Origin: Candidatus Hydrogenedentales bacterium
GTDB taxonomy: Bacteria > Hydrogenedentota > Hydrogenedentia > Hydrogenedentales > GCA-2746185
DNA: 64,000 bases
Direction of reading: 5' to 3'
NCBI GenBank assembly: GCA_038916785.1
Contig: JBCLBO010000010.1
Coordinates: 2,933 to 66,932 of the forward strand
Shown here: positions 29,477-38,283 of the stretch, piece by piece
How positions within the stretch are numbered: the first letter of the stretch is position 1
Layout: every line of letters starts with the position of its first letter
Notes under the pieces: generated by a model
Database searches by the model: none
What the model was told of the DNA's origin: nothing
Seen by the model: the letters and a program-made list of their open reading frames with translations, nothing else
Translations under genes and position numbers: made by a program

Positions 29477-30331
29477 ATGAAAACGACGCCCTCCATCATC
29501 GACGCGTGGATGCAGCACCCGACGCCGCGATTCATCGAGCAGCCGATGTTCGAGTCGCTCCGGCGCTGGACCGGCGGCGCGTCGATGCAGGAGATTCCCG
29601 CCGAGTTGACGATTGCTGCGATGGACGCCGCGGGTGTACGGGCGGGAATGCTCGCGGCGTGGTGCGGGCCGCAGGGTTGGCTCATCTCGCACGACGAGGT
29701 CGCCGCGCTCACGCAGAAATACCCTGGCCGATTTTTTGGCGTCGCCTCCGCGGAACTATACAGGCCGATGGAGGCCGTGCGGGAGTTGCGCCGTTGCGTG
29801 AAGCAGCTCGGCTTCAAGGCGCTGCGCGTCGTGCCGTGGCTGTGGAATCTCCCGCCGAACGACCGCCGCTACTATCCGCTCTACGCCGAGTGTTGCGAGC
29901 TGGGCGTCCCCTTCTGCACGCAGGTCGGCCACACCGGCCCGCTCTGCCCCTCCGAACCCGGCCGGCCGATTCCCTACCTCGACGAAGTGCTGCTCGAATT
30001 CCCCGAACTCGTCGTCGTTGGCGGGCACATCGGCTTCCCTTGGCTGAACGAAGTCATCTCCCTCGCGCGCAAGTACACCAATTTCTACATCGACTGTTCC
30101 GCCTATACTGCGAAGCGATACCCGCAGGAGATCGTCGAATACATGCGCGGCAAGGGCCGCACGAAGGTGCTCTTCGGCACGAACTTCCCGATGATCACTC
30201 CCGCGCAATGCCTTGCGGATATCGACACCCTCGGCCTGGACGAGGAAACAAAACGCCTGTTTCTCTACGAGAACGCCGAGTCCGTCTTCAAGATCGCGCC
30301 CGTCGAGCACGAAGAAGCGGAGAGTCGGTGA
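29477..30331 (+). CDS. Amidohydrolase-2 (TIM-barrel metal-dependent hydrolase) family protein
   Basis: 284 aa. N-terminal IIDAWMQH, internal VPFCTQVGH and VVVGGHIGFPW, C-terminal LFGTNFP, typical of the PF04909-type family as I recall it. Confidence 0.7.
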   Translation: MKTTPSIIDAWMQHPTPRFIEQPMFESLRRWTGGASMQEIPAELTIAAMDAAGVRAGMLAAWCGPQGWLISHDEVAALTQKYPGRFFGVASAELYRPMEAVRELRRCVKQLGFKALRVVPWLWNLPPNDRRYYPLYAECCELGVPFCTQVGHTGPLCPSEPGRPIPYLDEVLLEFPELVVVGGHIGFPWLNEVISLARKYTNFYIDCSAYTAKRYPQEIVEYMRGKGRTKVLFGTNFPMITPAQCLADIDTLGLDEETKRLFLYENAESVFKIAPVEHEEAESR

Positions 30332-33300
30332 TCCGTACGCCGGGAGGGTCGCGCTCCCGCGCGACCGCAGGCTCCGGCCAAGGCCCTCGGTCGCGCGGGA
30401 GCGCGACCCTCCCTCTCGTGATTGCTTGGCTTCTAAACGTCTCGGTCGTCGCGGCAGACCCGCCGGATCCAAACACTATCCTCTCCACCTTTGAAATACA
30501 TCCGGATTTCCAAATCGAACTGGTCGCCTCCGAACCGCAGGTGTTCAGTCCGGTCGATGTTGAATTCGACGCGCGCGGGCGGCCTTTCGTCATGGAAATG
30601 CTGGGATATCCCTTCCCGAATGATCCTGGCCGCATCGCCGTTCTCGACGACAAGGACGGCGACGGTGTCTACGAAACGCGCACCGTCTTCGCCGACGGAT
30701 TCGCGATGGCGAATTCGCTGCTGCCCTACAACGGCGGACTGCTCGTGATCTCGCCGCCGGACATCCTCTTTCTCAAGGACACCAACGGCGACGACGTGGC
30801 CGATCTGCGTGAGGTCGTCCTGACCGGCCTCGCGGTCGGGAACCCTGAGGACAGCGTGAACGGCCTGAGCTACGGCCTCGACAACTGGGTCTACGCCGCG
30901 AACGGCGGCAACTCCGGTGTCGTGAAGTGGCCGGACGGCGGCGAATCGCTACCCCTGCGCGCCGACGACTTCCGCTTCGACCCGCGGCGCAAGCGCTTCG
31001 AGCGCACGGGGCGCGCGGCGCAGGGCTTCGAGATGACCTTTGACCCCTGGGGCCGGTCCTTCAGCGCGAATCACACCGGGCCGCTCTACCACCGCGTGTT
31101 TCCGGGCAGCTACCTCGAGGGCCTGCCGCAGCCGCGCGGGGGCACGCTCAAGGAGTTGCCTGACGACATCGAAAACGGACTCGTGCGCATTTATCCCATC
31201 GGCGAACAAGTCACGCGCGTGAACCATCCCGAGCAATCGGGCTACTTCTCCGGCGCGTGCAGTCCCCGGTTCTACGGCGGCGGCGCCTTCGGCCCGGACT
31301 TCGACACCAGCATTTTCGTGTGCGACGTCGTGCTGAACCTCGTCCATCGGCGAATCCTCGAACCCGAGGGCACGAGTTTCGTCGCGCGGCGCGACAATCG
31401 TCCGAAGGTTGAGTTCCTCGCCTCCACCGATCGCGCGTTTCGCCCGGTGAACCTCACGATCGCGCCGGACGGCTCGATGTGGGTGGTCGACATGCACCGT
31501 GTCATCATCGAGCACCCCGAATGGATCCCCGACGAAATCGAGAAGACCCTCGATCTCAACGACGGCAAGAGCCGGGGCCGGCTCTTCCGCATCTCGCCGA
31601 AGTCCGGCCTCCCGCGCGTGAAGCCCGAATTTCGCCGCGACAGAATTGAAGAGGTCGTCGCCGGGCTCGAGCACCCAAACCAGTGGTGGCGGAACACGGC
31701 GCAGCGACTGCTTGTCGAATGGAACGACCCCAAGGCGATCCCCCTCCTCGAAAAACTCGCGCGCGAAAGCGCAGCCCCCGCCGCCCGCGCGCACGCCCTC
31801 TGGACGCTCGAAGGTCTCGGCCGGCTTGGCGACGCCCCGATCATGGCATCGCTCTCCGATCCGGTCGCCGAGGTGCGCGAACAAGCTGTCCGGCTGGCGG
31901 CGCCCCGGATGAATTCCTCCGTGGCGCTGGCGCGCCGCATTGTGGAACTCGCGTCTGCACCGGCGGGCGGGCGAACTCCGCGAGAACCCTCGCGGCGGGT
32001 GCGTATGTGGCTGGCGCTCGCGCTGTCGGGGTTCGACGGCGATCGCGCCGCGTTGCACGACATCATGCGCGTCGACGCGACCGACCCCTTCATGGATTTG
32101 GCGATACTGCCGGGGTTGATCCGCGATCCCTTTTCGAATCTCGATCACATGCTGCATTGGGGATGGCGCCTGGGGAAACCCGAAGGCGATCCGTACAGGC
32201 TCCTCGCAATTGTCGCCGAAGGCGCTGCGGCCCGCTTGGACGCAAAAAGCACGGTGTCCTTGCTCGATACGGCAGGCACGAGAACCGGAGACGAGAAGAA
32301 GAAGGAAGCGTTCCTGCGAGGCCTCGCTTCCGGCCTCGAATCGTCCAGGACGGCATTCGACAGTCCTGCTGACCGGCACACACTCGCTGAAGCGCTCGCG
32401 CCGCTGCTTAGCGTCGAGTCGCTCCCTGCGCTGCGCGAAGCGTGGCGGCTGGCGCGCGCGCTTGAACTCGATCGCGTACCGGGACAGGAGGAGGCGCTCC
32501 GCCGCGCCGAGGCCGCTGTGCGCGACGGGTCGCTCGCCGCAGACCTGCGAGTCCAAAACCTCCAAATCCTCGCATTCGCGCCCTTCGGCCAGCGCGCGGA
32601 ATTGCTTTATTCATTGATCGACACGCGCCAACCCCGCGAACTCCAGCGCGAAGCGATCCGGCAACTTCAGCGCGAGGGATCGAACGACGTCGCCGCACGG
32701 CTTATCTCGACGTGGCGCCTGCTCGGCCCCGAGACGCGCCCGATCGCGGGCGACACGCTGCTCTACAAGCGCAACAATCACCCGCTGCTACTGAGCGCGC
32801 TCGAAGACGGGACGATCTCGCTCGGCGAGATGGACTTCCACCTCGAACGCCGCCGGGCGCTGCTTTTCTCGACGGACCCCGGCATCGTGCGCCGCGCCGA
32901 GGCGCTCTTCTCCGATGCCGGCGTGGTCACGCGCAAAGACGCGATCGAAAAGATGAAACCCGCGCTGCAACTCGCCGGCAATCCCGCGAAGGGAAAGGAA
33001 GTCTTCACCAGTCTGTGTATTCGGTGTCACATGAGGGGCGCGGAAGGCGGCGACCTCGGTCCAAACCTTACGGAGATTTATCGCAAGAGCCGCGAGACCA
33101 TCCTGCACGACATCCTCGATCCGAACGCCGCGGCGGACACTCGGTATCTCGCCTACACCATCGAGCGCGCGAACGGCGAGATCGTCTCGGGCCTGATCGC
33201 CGAGGAAACGGACGCCGCCGTCACGCTGCGCGACGCGAACGGCGTGCGCACGATAGTGCCGCGCACGGACATCCAGGAAATGATCGGCGACGGACTGTCG

Positions 33301-33381
33301 CTGATGCCCGAGGAACTCGAGACCGGCCTGGATCCCCAGGCCATGGCCGATCTCCTCGCCTACCTACAGGAGCGGAACTGA
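30328..33381 (+). CDS. PVC-type heme-binding protein (membrane-bound-dehydrogenase-like beta-propeller + HEAT repeats + C-terminal cytochrome c domain)
   Basis: FEIHPDFQIELVASEPQVFSPVDVEFDARGRPFVMEM N-terminal domain, HEAT-like repeats, C-terminal CIRCH followed by ILDPNAA...GLSLMPE. Start is ambiguous. GTG 30328 has a GGAG 7 nt upstream and a GTGA overlap with the previous stop, but places REP-A inside the CDS. GTG 30418 lies just after the repeat. ORF-track residues upstream of 30328 overlap the amidohydrolase and were rejected. Confidence 0.8.
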   Translation: MIRTPGGSRSRATAGSGQGPRSRGSATLPLVIAWLLNVSVVAADPPDPNTILSTFEIHPDFQIELVASEPQVFSPVDVEFDARGRPFVMEMLGYPFPNDPGRIAVLDDKDGDGVYETRTVFADGFAMANSLLPYNGGLLVISPPDILFLKDTNGDDVADLREVVLTGLAVGNPEDSVNGLSYGLDNWVYAANGGNSGVVKWPDGGESLPLRADDFRFDPRRKRFERTGRAAQGFEMTFDPWGRSFSANHTGPLYHRVFPGSYLEGLPQPRGGTLKELPDDIENGLVRIYPIGEQVTRVNHPEQSGYFSGACSPRFYGGGAFGPDFDTSIFVCDVVLNLVHRRILEPEGTSFVARRDNRPKVEFLASTDRAFRPVNLTIAPDGSMWVVDMHRVIIEHPEWIPDEIEKTLDLNDGKSRGRLFRISPKSGLPRVKPEFRRDRIEEVVAGLEHPNQWWRNTAQRLLVEWNDPKAIPLLEKLARESAAPAARAHALWTLEGLGRLGDAPIMASLSDPVAEVREQAVRLAAPRMNSSVALARRIVELASAPAGGRTPREPSRRVRMWLALALSGFDGDRAALHDIMRVDATDPFMDLAILPGLIRDPFSNLDHMLHWGWRLGKPEGDPYRLLAIVAEGAAARLDAKSTVSLLDTAGTRTGDEKKKEAFLRGLASGLESSRTAFDSPADRHTLAEALAPLLSVESLPALREAWRLARALELDRVPGQEEALRRAEAAVRDGSLAADLRVQNLQILAFAPFGQRAELLYSLIDTRQPRELQREAIRQLQREGSNDVAARLISTWRLLGPETRPIAGDTLLYKRNNHPLLLSALEDGTISLGEMDFHLERRRALLFSTDPGIVRRAEALFSDAGVVTRKDAIEKMKPALQLAGNPAKGKEVFTSLCIRCHMRGAEGGDLGPNLTEIYRKSRETILHDILDPNAAADTRYLAYTIERANGEIVSGLIAEETDAAVTLRDANGVRTIVPRTDIQEMIGDGLSLMPEELETGLDPQAMADLLAYLQERN
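30342..30413. repeat. REP-A palindromic element, copy 2
   Basis: GGGAGGGTCGCGCTCCCGCGCGACCG (30342-30367) and its exact reverse complement (30388-30413), with an unrelated 20-nt loop. Differs from copy 1 by one compensated base pair. Confidence 0.9.
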
Positions 33382-33384
33382 CCC

Positions 33385-33726
33385 ATGGCCTTCAAGGCAC
33401 TCTGTACCGGAATGATCGTCCTGTTCTTGGCCTCGTGCGCCGTGCAGTACAACGACCCCGACCCCATCCGCTGGTGCGTAGCCTACGGCATCGCGGGAAT
33501 CCTCACCGCCTTCGCCCTGGCCGGCCGCGTCACGCCCCTCGTGATCCCCGCGGGGCTGCTCTATCTCGCGTGGTCCATGTACAACATGCCGCATATCGAC
33601 CCGTCGAAGTGGCTGAGCACCGAAGAGTCGCGCGAGTCGGGCGGACTGATGATGTCCGCGATCTGGATGGCCGTGCTCACGGCCGCTTGGTACCGCAAGC
33701 GCCACGCCTCGCCGCCTCAGAACTGA
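33385..33726 (+). CDS. TMEM220-like small membrane protein
   Basis: 113 aa, four hydrophobic helices, [10 protein letters not shown] motif recalled from the TMEM220 family; starts 4 nt after the previous stop. Confidence 0.55.
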   Translation: MAFKALCTGMIVLFLASCAVQYNDPDPIRWCVAYGIAGILTAFALAGRVTPLVIPAGLLYLAWSMYNMPHIDPSKWLSTEESRESGGLMMSAIWMAVLTAAWYRKRHASPPQN

Positions 33727-34637
33727 GCCGACAACTGCGCGAAGCCGCGGCTCACCGGAAACGGTCCCGGATAGTGGACGAGATTCACATGCCCGTCCAG
33801 AAACAGCACGTTCGCGCCGCCGGGGACGTGGTTGAAATCGACGCCGGAGCCCGCTGGCGTCGTGCTCACGGTGTCCCACATCACGGGGATATGGGACTGC
33901 GCGCTATTGCTCGTACCCGGATTGTTGATGTCGGTAATCAACACGCGCTCGATGCCCTCGCGCAGCCGAAACAGCATGTCACCCTTGCCGTTGCCTGCGT
34001 CCAGCCCGCCCATACCGACATTGTTCAAGTCCAGGTCCTCGTCCATCGCGGGGTCGTCGGCCGGATTCGTGTTGAAGATCACTCCGAAGATCGAAATGAC
34101 AAACCCGACCAGTTGCGTCGGGCCCGGAAACGGCGAAGCGACCTGCGGATCCGTGTCGTCCGACTTATCCAGGACGTATCCGAGATAGTTGAAACTCTCG
34201 TCGGCGTTGCTGATGAATCCCAGGTACTGGCAGGTGTTTGACCCGTCGTCCTTCACCCTCTTGAGCGGATCATCGACCGCGCGCGAAGGATCCGATGGAC
34301 ACAGAAAGACCAACGCGTCGGGCGCGTATTCCGGAAACAGAGCCCGGGTGTTTGGCGCGAACACGGTGTTGTCTTGCATCGAATCCGGATCGCAGCCGGT
34401 CGCCATCGCCACGGGGCCATAGGGCGCGTCTCCCTGGATGCGCGGCCAGTAACCCTTGTTTTCTCCCGCATACATTTTCATGGAGAAGGCGAGCTGCCGC
34501 AGGTTGTTCGCGCAGTTCGCTCGCCGCGCCGCCTCACGCGCGCGGGCCAGTGCCGGGAGCAAGATGGCCGCGAGGATCCCAATGATCGCGATGACGACCA
34601 GGAGTTCGATGAGCGTAAAACCGCGGCGCGACCTCAT
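33717..34637 (-). CDS. DUF1559-type protein with prepilin N-terminal cleavage/methylation domain
   Basis: Start at ATG 34637 ([48 protein letters not shown]). C-terminal VLFLDGHV motif typical of the family. Confidence 0.85.
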   Translation of the reverse strand: MRSRRGFTLIELLVVIAIIGILAAILLPALARAREAARRANCANNLRQLAFSMKMYAGENKGYWPRIQGDAPYGPVAMATGCDPDSMQDNTVFAPNTRALFPEYAPDALVFLCPSDPSRAVDDPLKRVKDDGSNTCQYLGFISNADESFNYLGYVLDKSDDTDPQVASPFPGPTQLVGFVISIFGVIFNTNPADDPAMDEDLDLNNVGMGGLDAGNGKGDMLFRLREGIERVLITDINNPGTSNSAQSHIPVMWDTVSTTPAGSGVDFNHVPGGANVLFLDGHVNLVHYPGPFPVSRGFAQLSAQF

Positions 34638-34833
34638 ACAGCCTGTATCCTCTATCCCAAGGCGAATCCCGGGAGAGAATAGCACGAATCGCCGCGCGGC
34701 AACAGTCCCGCGGCCGGGCCCAGTGACCTGTGCCGTGAATCGCTTGGCAGAGTCTCTGGAGAGCAGTCTTGATCCGTTGTGGGCCTTCGAGCGACGAAGC
34801 GGGCCTTGGTAGGACTACGATCGGGACATGACG

Positions 34834-35299
34834 CTAGAAGTTGCTTGCGAAGGCCGCGAAGCTCCGGCCCATCGGAAACTCGCCGGGAAATTTCGCAAAG
34901 TCCATGTGCCCGTCGAGATAGACCACGTTCGACCCGCCCGGCGCGTGGTTGAAGTCCACGGGGCCGCCCGCGACCCGCGTGCTGAGCGTGTCCCACATCG
35001 CCGGCAGCCGCGACTGCGCCCACGGTCTCGTCCTGCAACGACAGCGCATCGCAGCCCGTCGCGTTCGCAGCCATGCCGTAGGGCGCGTCGCCCTGAATCC
35101 GCGGCCATCTCCCGTCCCACTCGTTGGCGTACATCTTCATTCCGAAGGCGACCTGGCGCAGATTATTCACGCAGCTCGCGCGCCTCGCCGCCTCGCGCGC
35201 CCGCGCCAGCGCCGGTAACAAAATGGCCGTCAAAATGCCGATGATCGCGATGACCACCAGCAGCTCGATTGAGGTAAAACCCCGCTTGCTCTTCTTCAC
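34834..35299 (-). pseudogene. DUF1559-type paralog with large out-of-frame internal deletion
   Basis: The N-terminal ~90 codons ([43 protein letters not shown]...[11 protein letters not shown]) align with the neighbouring paralog. The C-terminal ~55 codons ([14 protein letters not shown]...[30 protein letters not shown]) align too, but in another frame. The junction is near 35019-35024 and the ~170 middle codons are missing. Confidence 0.7.
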
Positions 35300-35388
35300 G
35301 GCACGCCCCTCCCCAAGGACAAACCCTCACCTGGATTCGTACCACATTTTTGGCAATTCTGGGGCGGGGAATGGTCTATTATTGGCGC

Positions 35389-36207
35389 TCAGTGCGTGAG
35401 CGCGTAGACGATGATATTCACTGAGAGCGCGTAGGCCTTGGTCGAGAATATCCGGAAATATTCCTCACCTTCGGTTTCGCGCTCCCAGCCGTCTCCGATG
35501 TCGTTGTTATGCGTGGCCACGGCGAGTAGGCGCTCGTCGCGGTCGAAGAGGCCCATGAAATGGTTCTCGCTTACGCCCGCGATGCCGCCGACCGGTTCGC
35601 GGTGGCCGTCGGGCATGTCAAAACTTTCGCCGGTCATGTCGTAAAAAATTTTCGCGGGGACCTGGGGACATTCCGTCAGCGGAAACACAATATCGAAAAT
35701 CGGGTTCGGCGGGAGGAGCTTCTTCCACTTCAACTCGGGAAACACGCGCGCCATCTGTTCCTCGACATTCTCCCATTCCGCGATGCCCCAGAAGTCATCG
35801 ACCCACAGGAACCCGCCGCGCTCGAAATACCTGCGCAGCGCGTTCACTTCGTCTTCGGTGAGAAACATCCAGCCGGGGTCGCACATGTAGATCAGTGGAT
35901 AGTCGAAGAGCCGCGGATCGGTCAGCCGCACGTGGGTGGGCGTGGGATTGACGTCGATCGTCGTCAACTGGCGCAGCCGGATGAGGAAATTTTCCTCGGC
36001 CTCGGGATAGTCGGTCTCCCAGCGTTCCCAGTCCCGCCCGTCGTAGTGGTACCAGGATTCGCCGTGGCCCCCGGTGCTGTCGTACTGCACGCGGGCGAAG
36101 GTAAATTTCATCTGCGGAGCGCCCGGCGGGCGCGAAGCCTGGTCCGGGGAGTCGGCAAGCGCGGCGGCGGAACAACCCAGCACTAGTGCGACCGCCCAAC
36201 ACCGCAT
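35389..36207 (-). CDS. DUF4159 domain protein (secreted)
   Basis: ATG 36207 is preceded by GGAGG. Signal MRCWAVALVLGCSAAALA. FTFARVQYDS...WETDYPEAEENFLIRL...LIYMCDPGW...GGFLWVDDFWG pattern recalled from DUF4159. Confidence 0.75.
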   Translation of the reverse strand: MRCWAVALVLGCSAAALADSPDQASRPPGAPQMKFTFARVQYDSTGGHGESWYHYDGRDWERWETDYPEAEENFLIRLRQLTTIDVNPTPTHVRLTDPRLFDYPLIYMCDPGWMFLTEDEVNALRRYFERGGFLWVDDFWGIAEWENVEEQMARVFPELKWKKLLPPNPIFDIVFPLTECPQVPAKIFYDMTGESFDMPDGHREPVGGIAGVSENHFMGLFDRDERLLAVATHNNDIGDGWERETEGEEYFRIFSTKAYALSVNIIVYALTH

Positions 36208-36371
36208 GAGTATCAGACCTCCGCGGTCATTGTCCGCCATGATCCCGGCGAATTCAACGCCGTAGTTTCCGGTTGACTCGGGTTGGGATGAGTGAGAGAA
36301 TGCAGGGCTGGCCCTGTGTGGACGGGGCTTAACTCCGTGCCGGGCAAGCAGTAACGAGGAATTTTTCTACG

Positions 36372-37961
36372 ATGGCGACGATGAATTTGGCGGTCGGGCT
36401 GGCGGACAGTGCGCGGCGGTATGCGGACAAGGAGGCGGTCGTGATGGGGCCGGTCCGGATTTCGTATGCGCAACTGAACGCGATGTCGAACCAGGTGGCG
36501 AACGGGCTGGTGGCGGCGGGCGTGAAGAAGGGCGACAAGGTCGCGCTGTGCTGCCCGAACCTGCCGTATTTTCCGATCGTGTACTACGGCATCCTGAAGG
36601 CGGGCGCCGCGGTGGTGCCGCTGAACGTGCTGCTCAAGCGGCGCGAGTTCGCCTATCACCTCACCGACTCCGACGCGGTGGCGATGATCTGCTTCGAGGG
36701 CACGCCGGAGTTGCCGCTGGCCAAGGCCGCGCACGAGGCGGTGCAGGAAGTGCCGGCGTGCAAGAACCTGTGGCTGTTGCCGGCGCAGATGGGCGGGGCG
36801 TCGCCGATCACGGGTGTGAAGACGCTCATGGATTTGATGAGCGGCCAGTCGCCTGACTTCGACACCGTGCAGATGGACGCGAACGACACGGCGGTGATTT
36901 TGTATACCTCCGGCACGACGGGCCAGAGCAAGGGCGCCGAGCTGACGCACTCGAACATGATCATGAATCCGCTGGCGTTCAGCACGTGCATCCGGATGGA
37001 GCCGGCGGACCGGGTACTCTGCGTGCTGCCGATGTTCCACAGCTACGGCCAGAGCACGCAGCTTAACGCGGGGATTATGTCGGGCGCGACACTGGTGCTG
37101 TTGCCGCGATTTTCGGCCGAGGCGACGCTGAAGCTGATGCAGGACGAGAACATCACGCTGTTCAGCGGCGTGCCGACGATGTATTGGGACATTTTGAATT
37201 ATCCCGATGCGAACAAGTTTGATCTGAAGAAGATTGCGAAGAACTTGCGCATGTGCGGATCCGGCGGCGCGGCGATTCCGGTGGAGGTGATGAAGGGATT
37301 CGAGGAGCGGTTCAACGCGATCATCCTGGAGGGCTACGGCCTGTCCGAGACGTCGCCGGTCGCGTGCTCGAACCGGCCGGACATCGCGCGTAAGCCGGGG
37401 TCGATCGGCCTGCCGATCTGGGGCGTCGAGATGCGCTGCGTGGATGAGAACATGAACGACGTGAAGCCGGGCGAGCCGGGCGAGGTGATCATCCGCGGGC
37501 ACAACATCATGAAGGGCTACTACAAGCGGCCCGAGGCGACGGCGGAGGCTTTCGCGGGCGGGTGGTTCCATTCGGGCGACGTGGCGAAGGTGGACAGCGA
37601 TGGTTATTTCTATATCGTCGATCGCACGAAAGACATGATCATCCGGGGCGGATTTAACGTGTATCCACGCGAGATTGAGGAAGTGTTGGTGACACACCCG
37701 GACCTTTCGCTGGCGGCCGTGATTGGGATTCCCGACGAGGAGTACGGCGAGGAAGTGGTGGCGTACGTGATTCCGAAGGTGGGGAAGATCGTGGAGGCGC
37801 GCGCGATCATTGCGTGGGCCAAGGAGAACATGGCGGCGTACAAGTATCCGCGGCACGTCGAAATCGTCGCGGAGTTTCCGCTGGGGCCTTCGGGGAAGAT
37901 TCTGAAGCGAGAACTGCGCGAGATGTTTAAGACGAAGGCGAAGGAAGCGGCGGTGAAGTGA
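36372..37961 (+). CDS. Long-chain-fatty-acid--CoA ligase / AMP-dependent synthetase (paralog 1)
   Basis: AMP-binding motifs YTSGTTGQSKGAE, GYGLSETSP, GWFHSGD, PLGPSGKILKRELR. Confidence 0.85.
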   Translation: MATMNLAVGLADSARRYADKEAVVMGPVRISYAQLNAMSNQVANGLVAAGVKKGDKVALCCPNLPYFPIVYYGILKAGAAVVPLNVLLKRREFAYHLTDSDAVAMICFEGTPELPLAKAAHEAVQEVPACKNLWLLPAQMGGASPITGVKTLMDLMSGQSPDFDTVQMDANDTAVILYTSGTTGQSKGAELTHSNMIMNPLAFSTCIRMEPADRVLCVLPMFHSYGQSTQLNAGIMSGATLVLLPRFSAEATLKLMQDENITLFSGVPTMYWDILNYPDANKFDLKKIAKNLRMCGSGGAAIPVEVMKGFEERFNAIILEGYGLSETSPVACSNRPDIARKPGSIGLPIWGVEMRCVDENMNDVKPGEPGEVIIRGHNIMKGYYKRPEATAEAFAGGWFHSGDVAKVDSDGYFYIVDRTKDMIIRGGFNVYPREIEEVLVTHPDLSLAAVIGIPDEEYGEEVVAYVIPKVGKIVEARAIIAWAKENMAAYKYPRHVEIVAEFPLGPSGKILKRELREMFKTKAKEAAVK

Positions 37962-37987
37962 TGCGGGCGGGGGCGGAGCAGCCGGTT

Positions 37988-38026
37988 GATGAGATTGCTT
38001 CGTCGCTTCGCTCCTCGCAATGACGG
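37988..38026. repeat. REP-C family element (GATGAGATTGCTTCGTCGC..GCTCCTCGCAATGACGG)
   Basis: Read at 37988-38026. The same two blocks recur at 39873-39914, split at 38115-38192, and degenerate at 59985-60015 and 60076-60096. Confidence 0.8.
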
Positions 38027-38283
38027 AAGCGCGCGAGTTGCGCGAGATGTTCAAGGTGAAGGCGAGGGAAGCTGCGGTGAGATAATTGTGCGACGGGCGA
38101 AGCGGCGTGTCCCTGAGAGTGCTTCGTCGGCAGCGATTTTGGATTATGAGAGTATGCACATAGGTACGGGCGCGGCCTCCTCGCAACGACGGGTTGCGTG
38201 AGTCGCTCGTCATGTATGAGGCGAAGTCAATGTTGCTAAAGTAGGGCGGGACACGGGCCACCACAGTTCTGGGAGGGAAGTCG

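Noticed and set aside
29506-30327. 5' 274 codons of the 1291-aa plus-strand ORF
   Set aside because: This part overlaps the amidohydrolase gene in another frame and is Arg/Ala/Pro-rich. Recognisable homology for the PVC-type heme-binding protein begins only after about 30440. The start was placed at 30328, with 30418 as the alternative.
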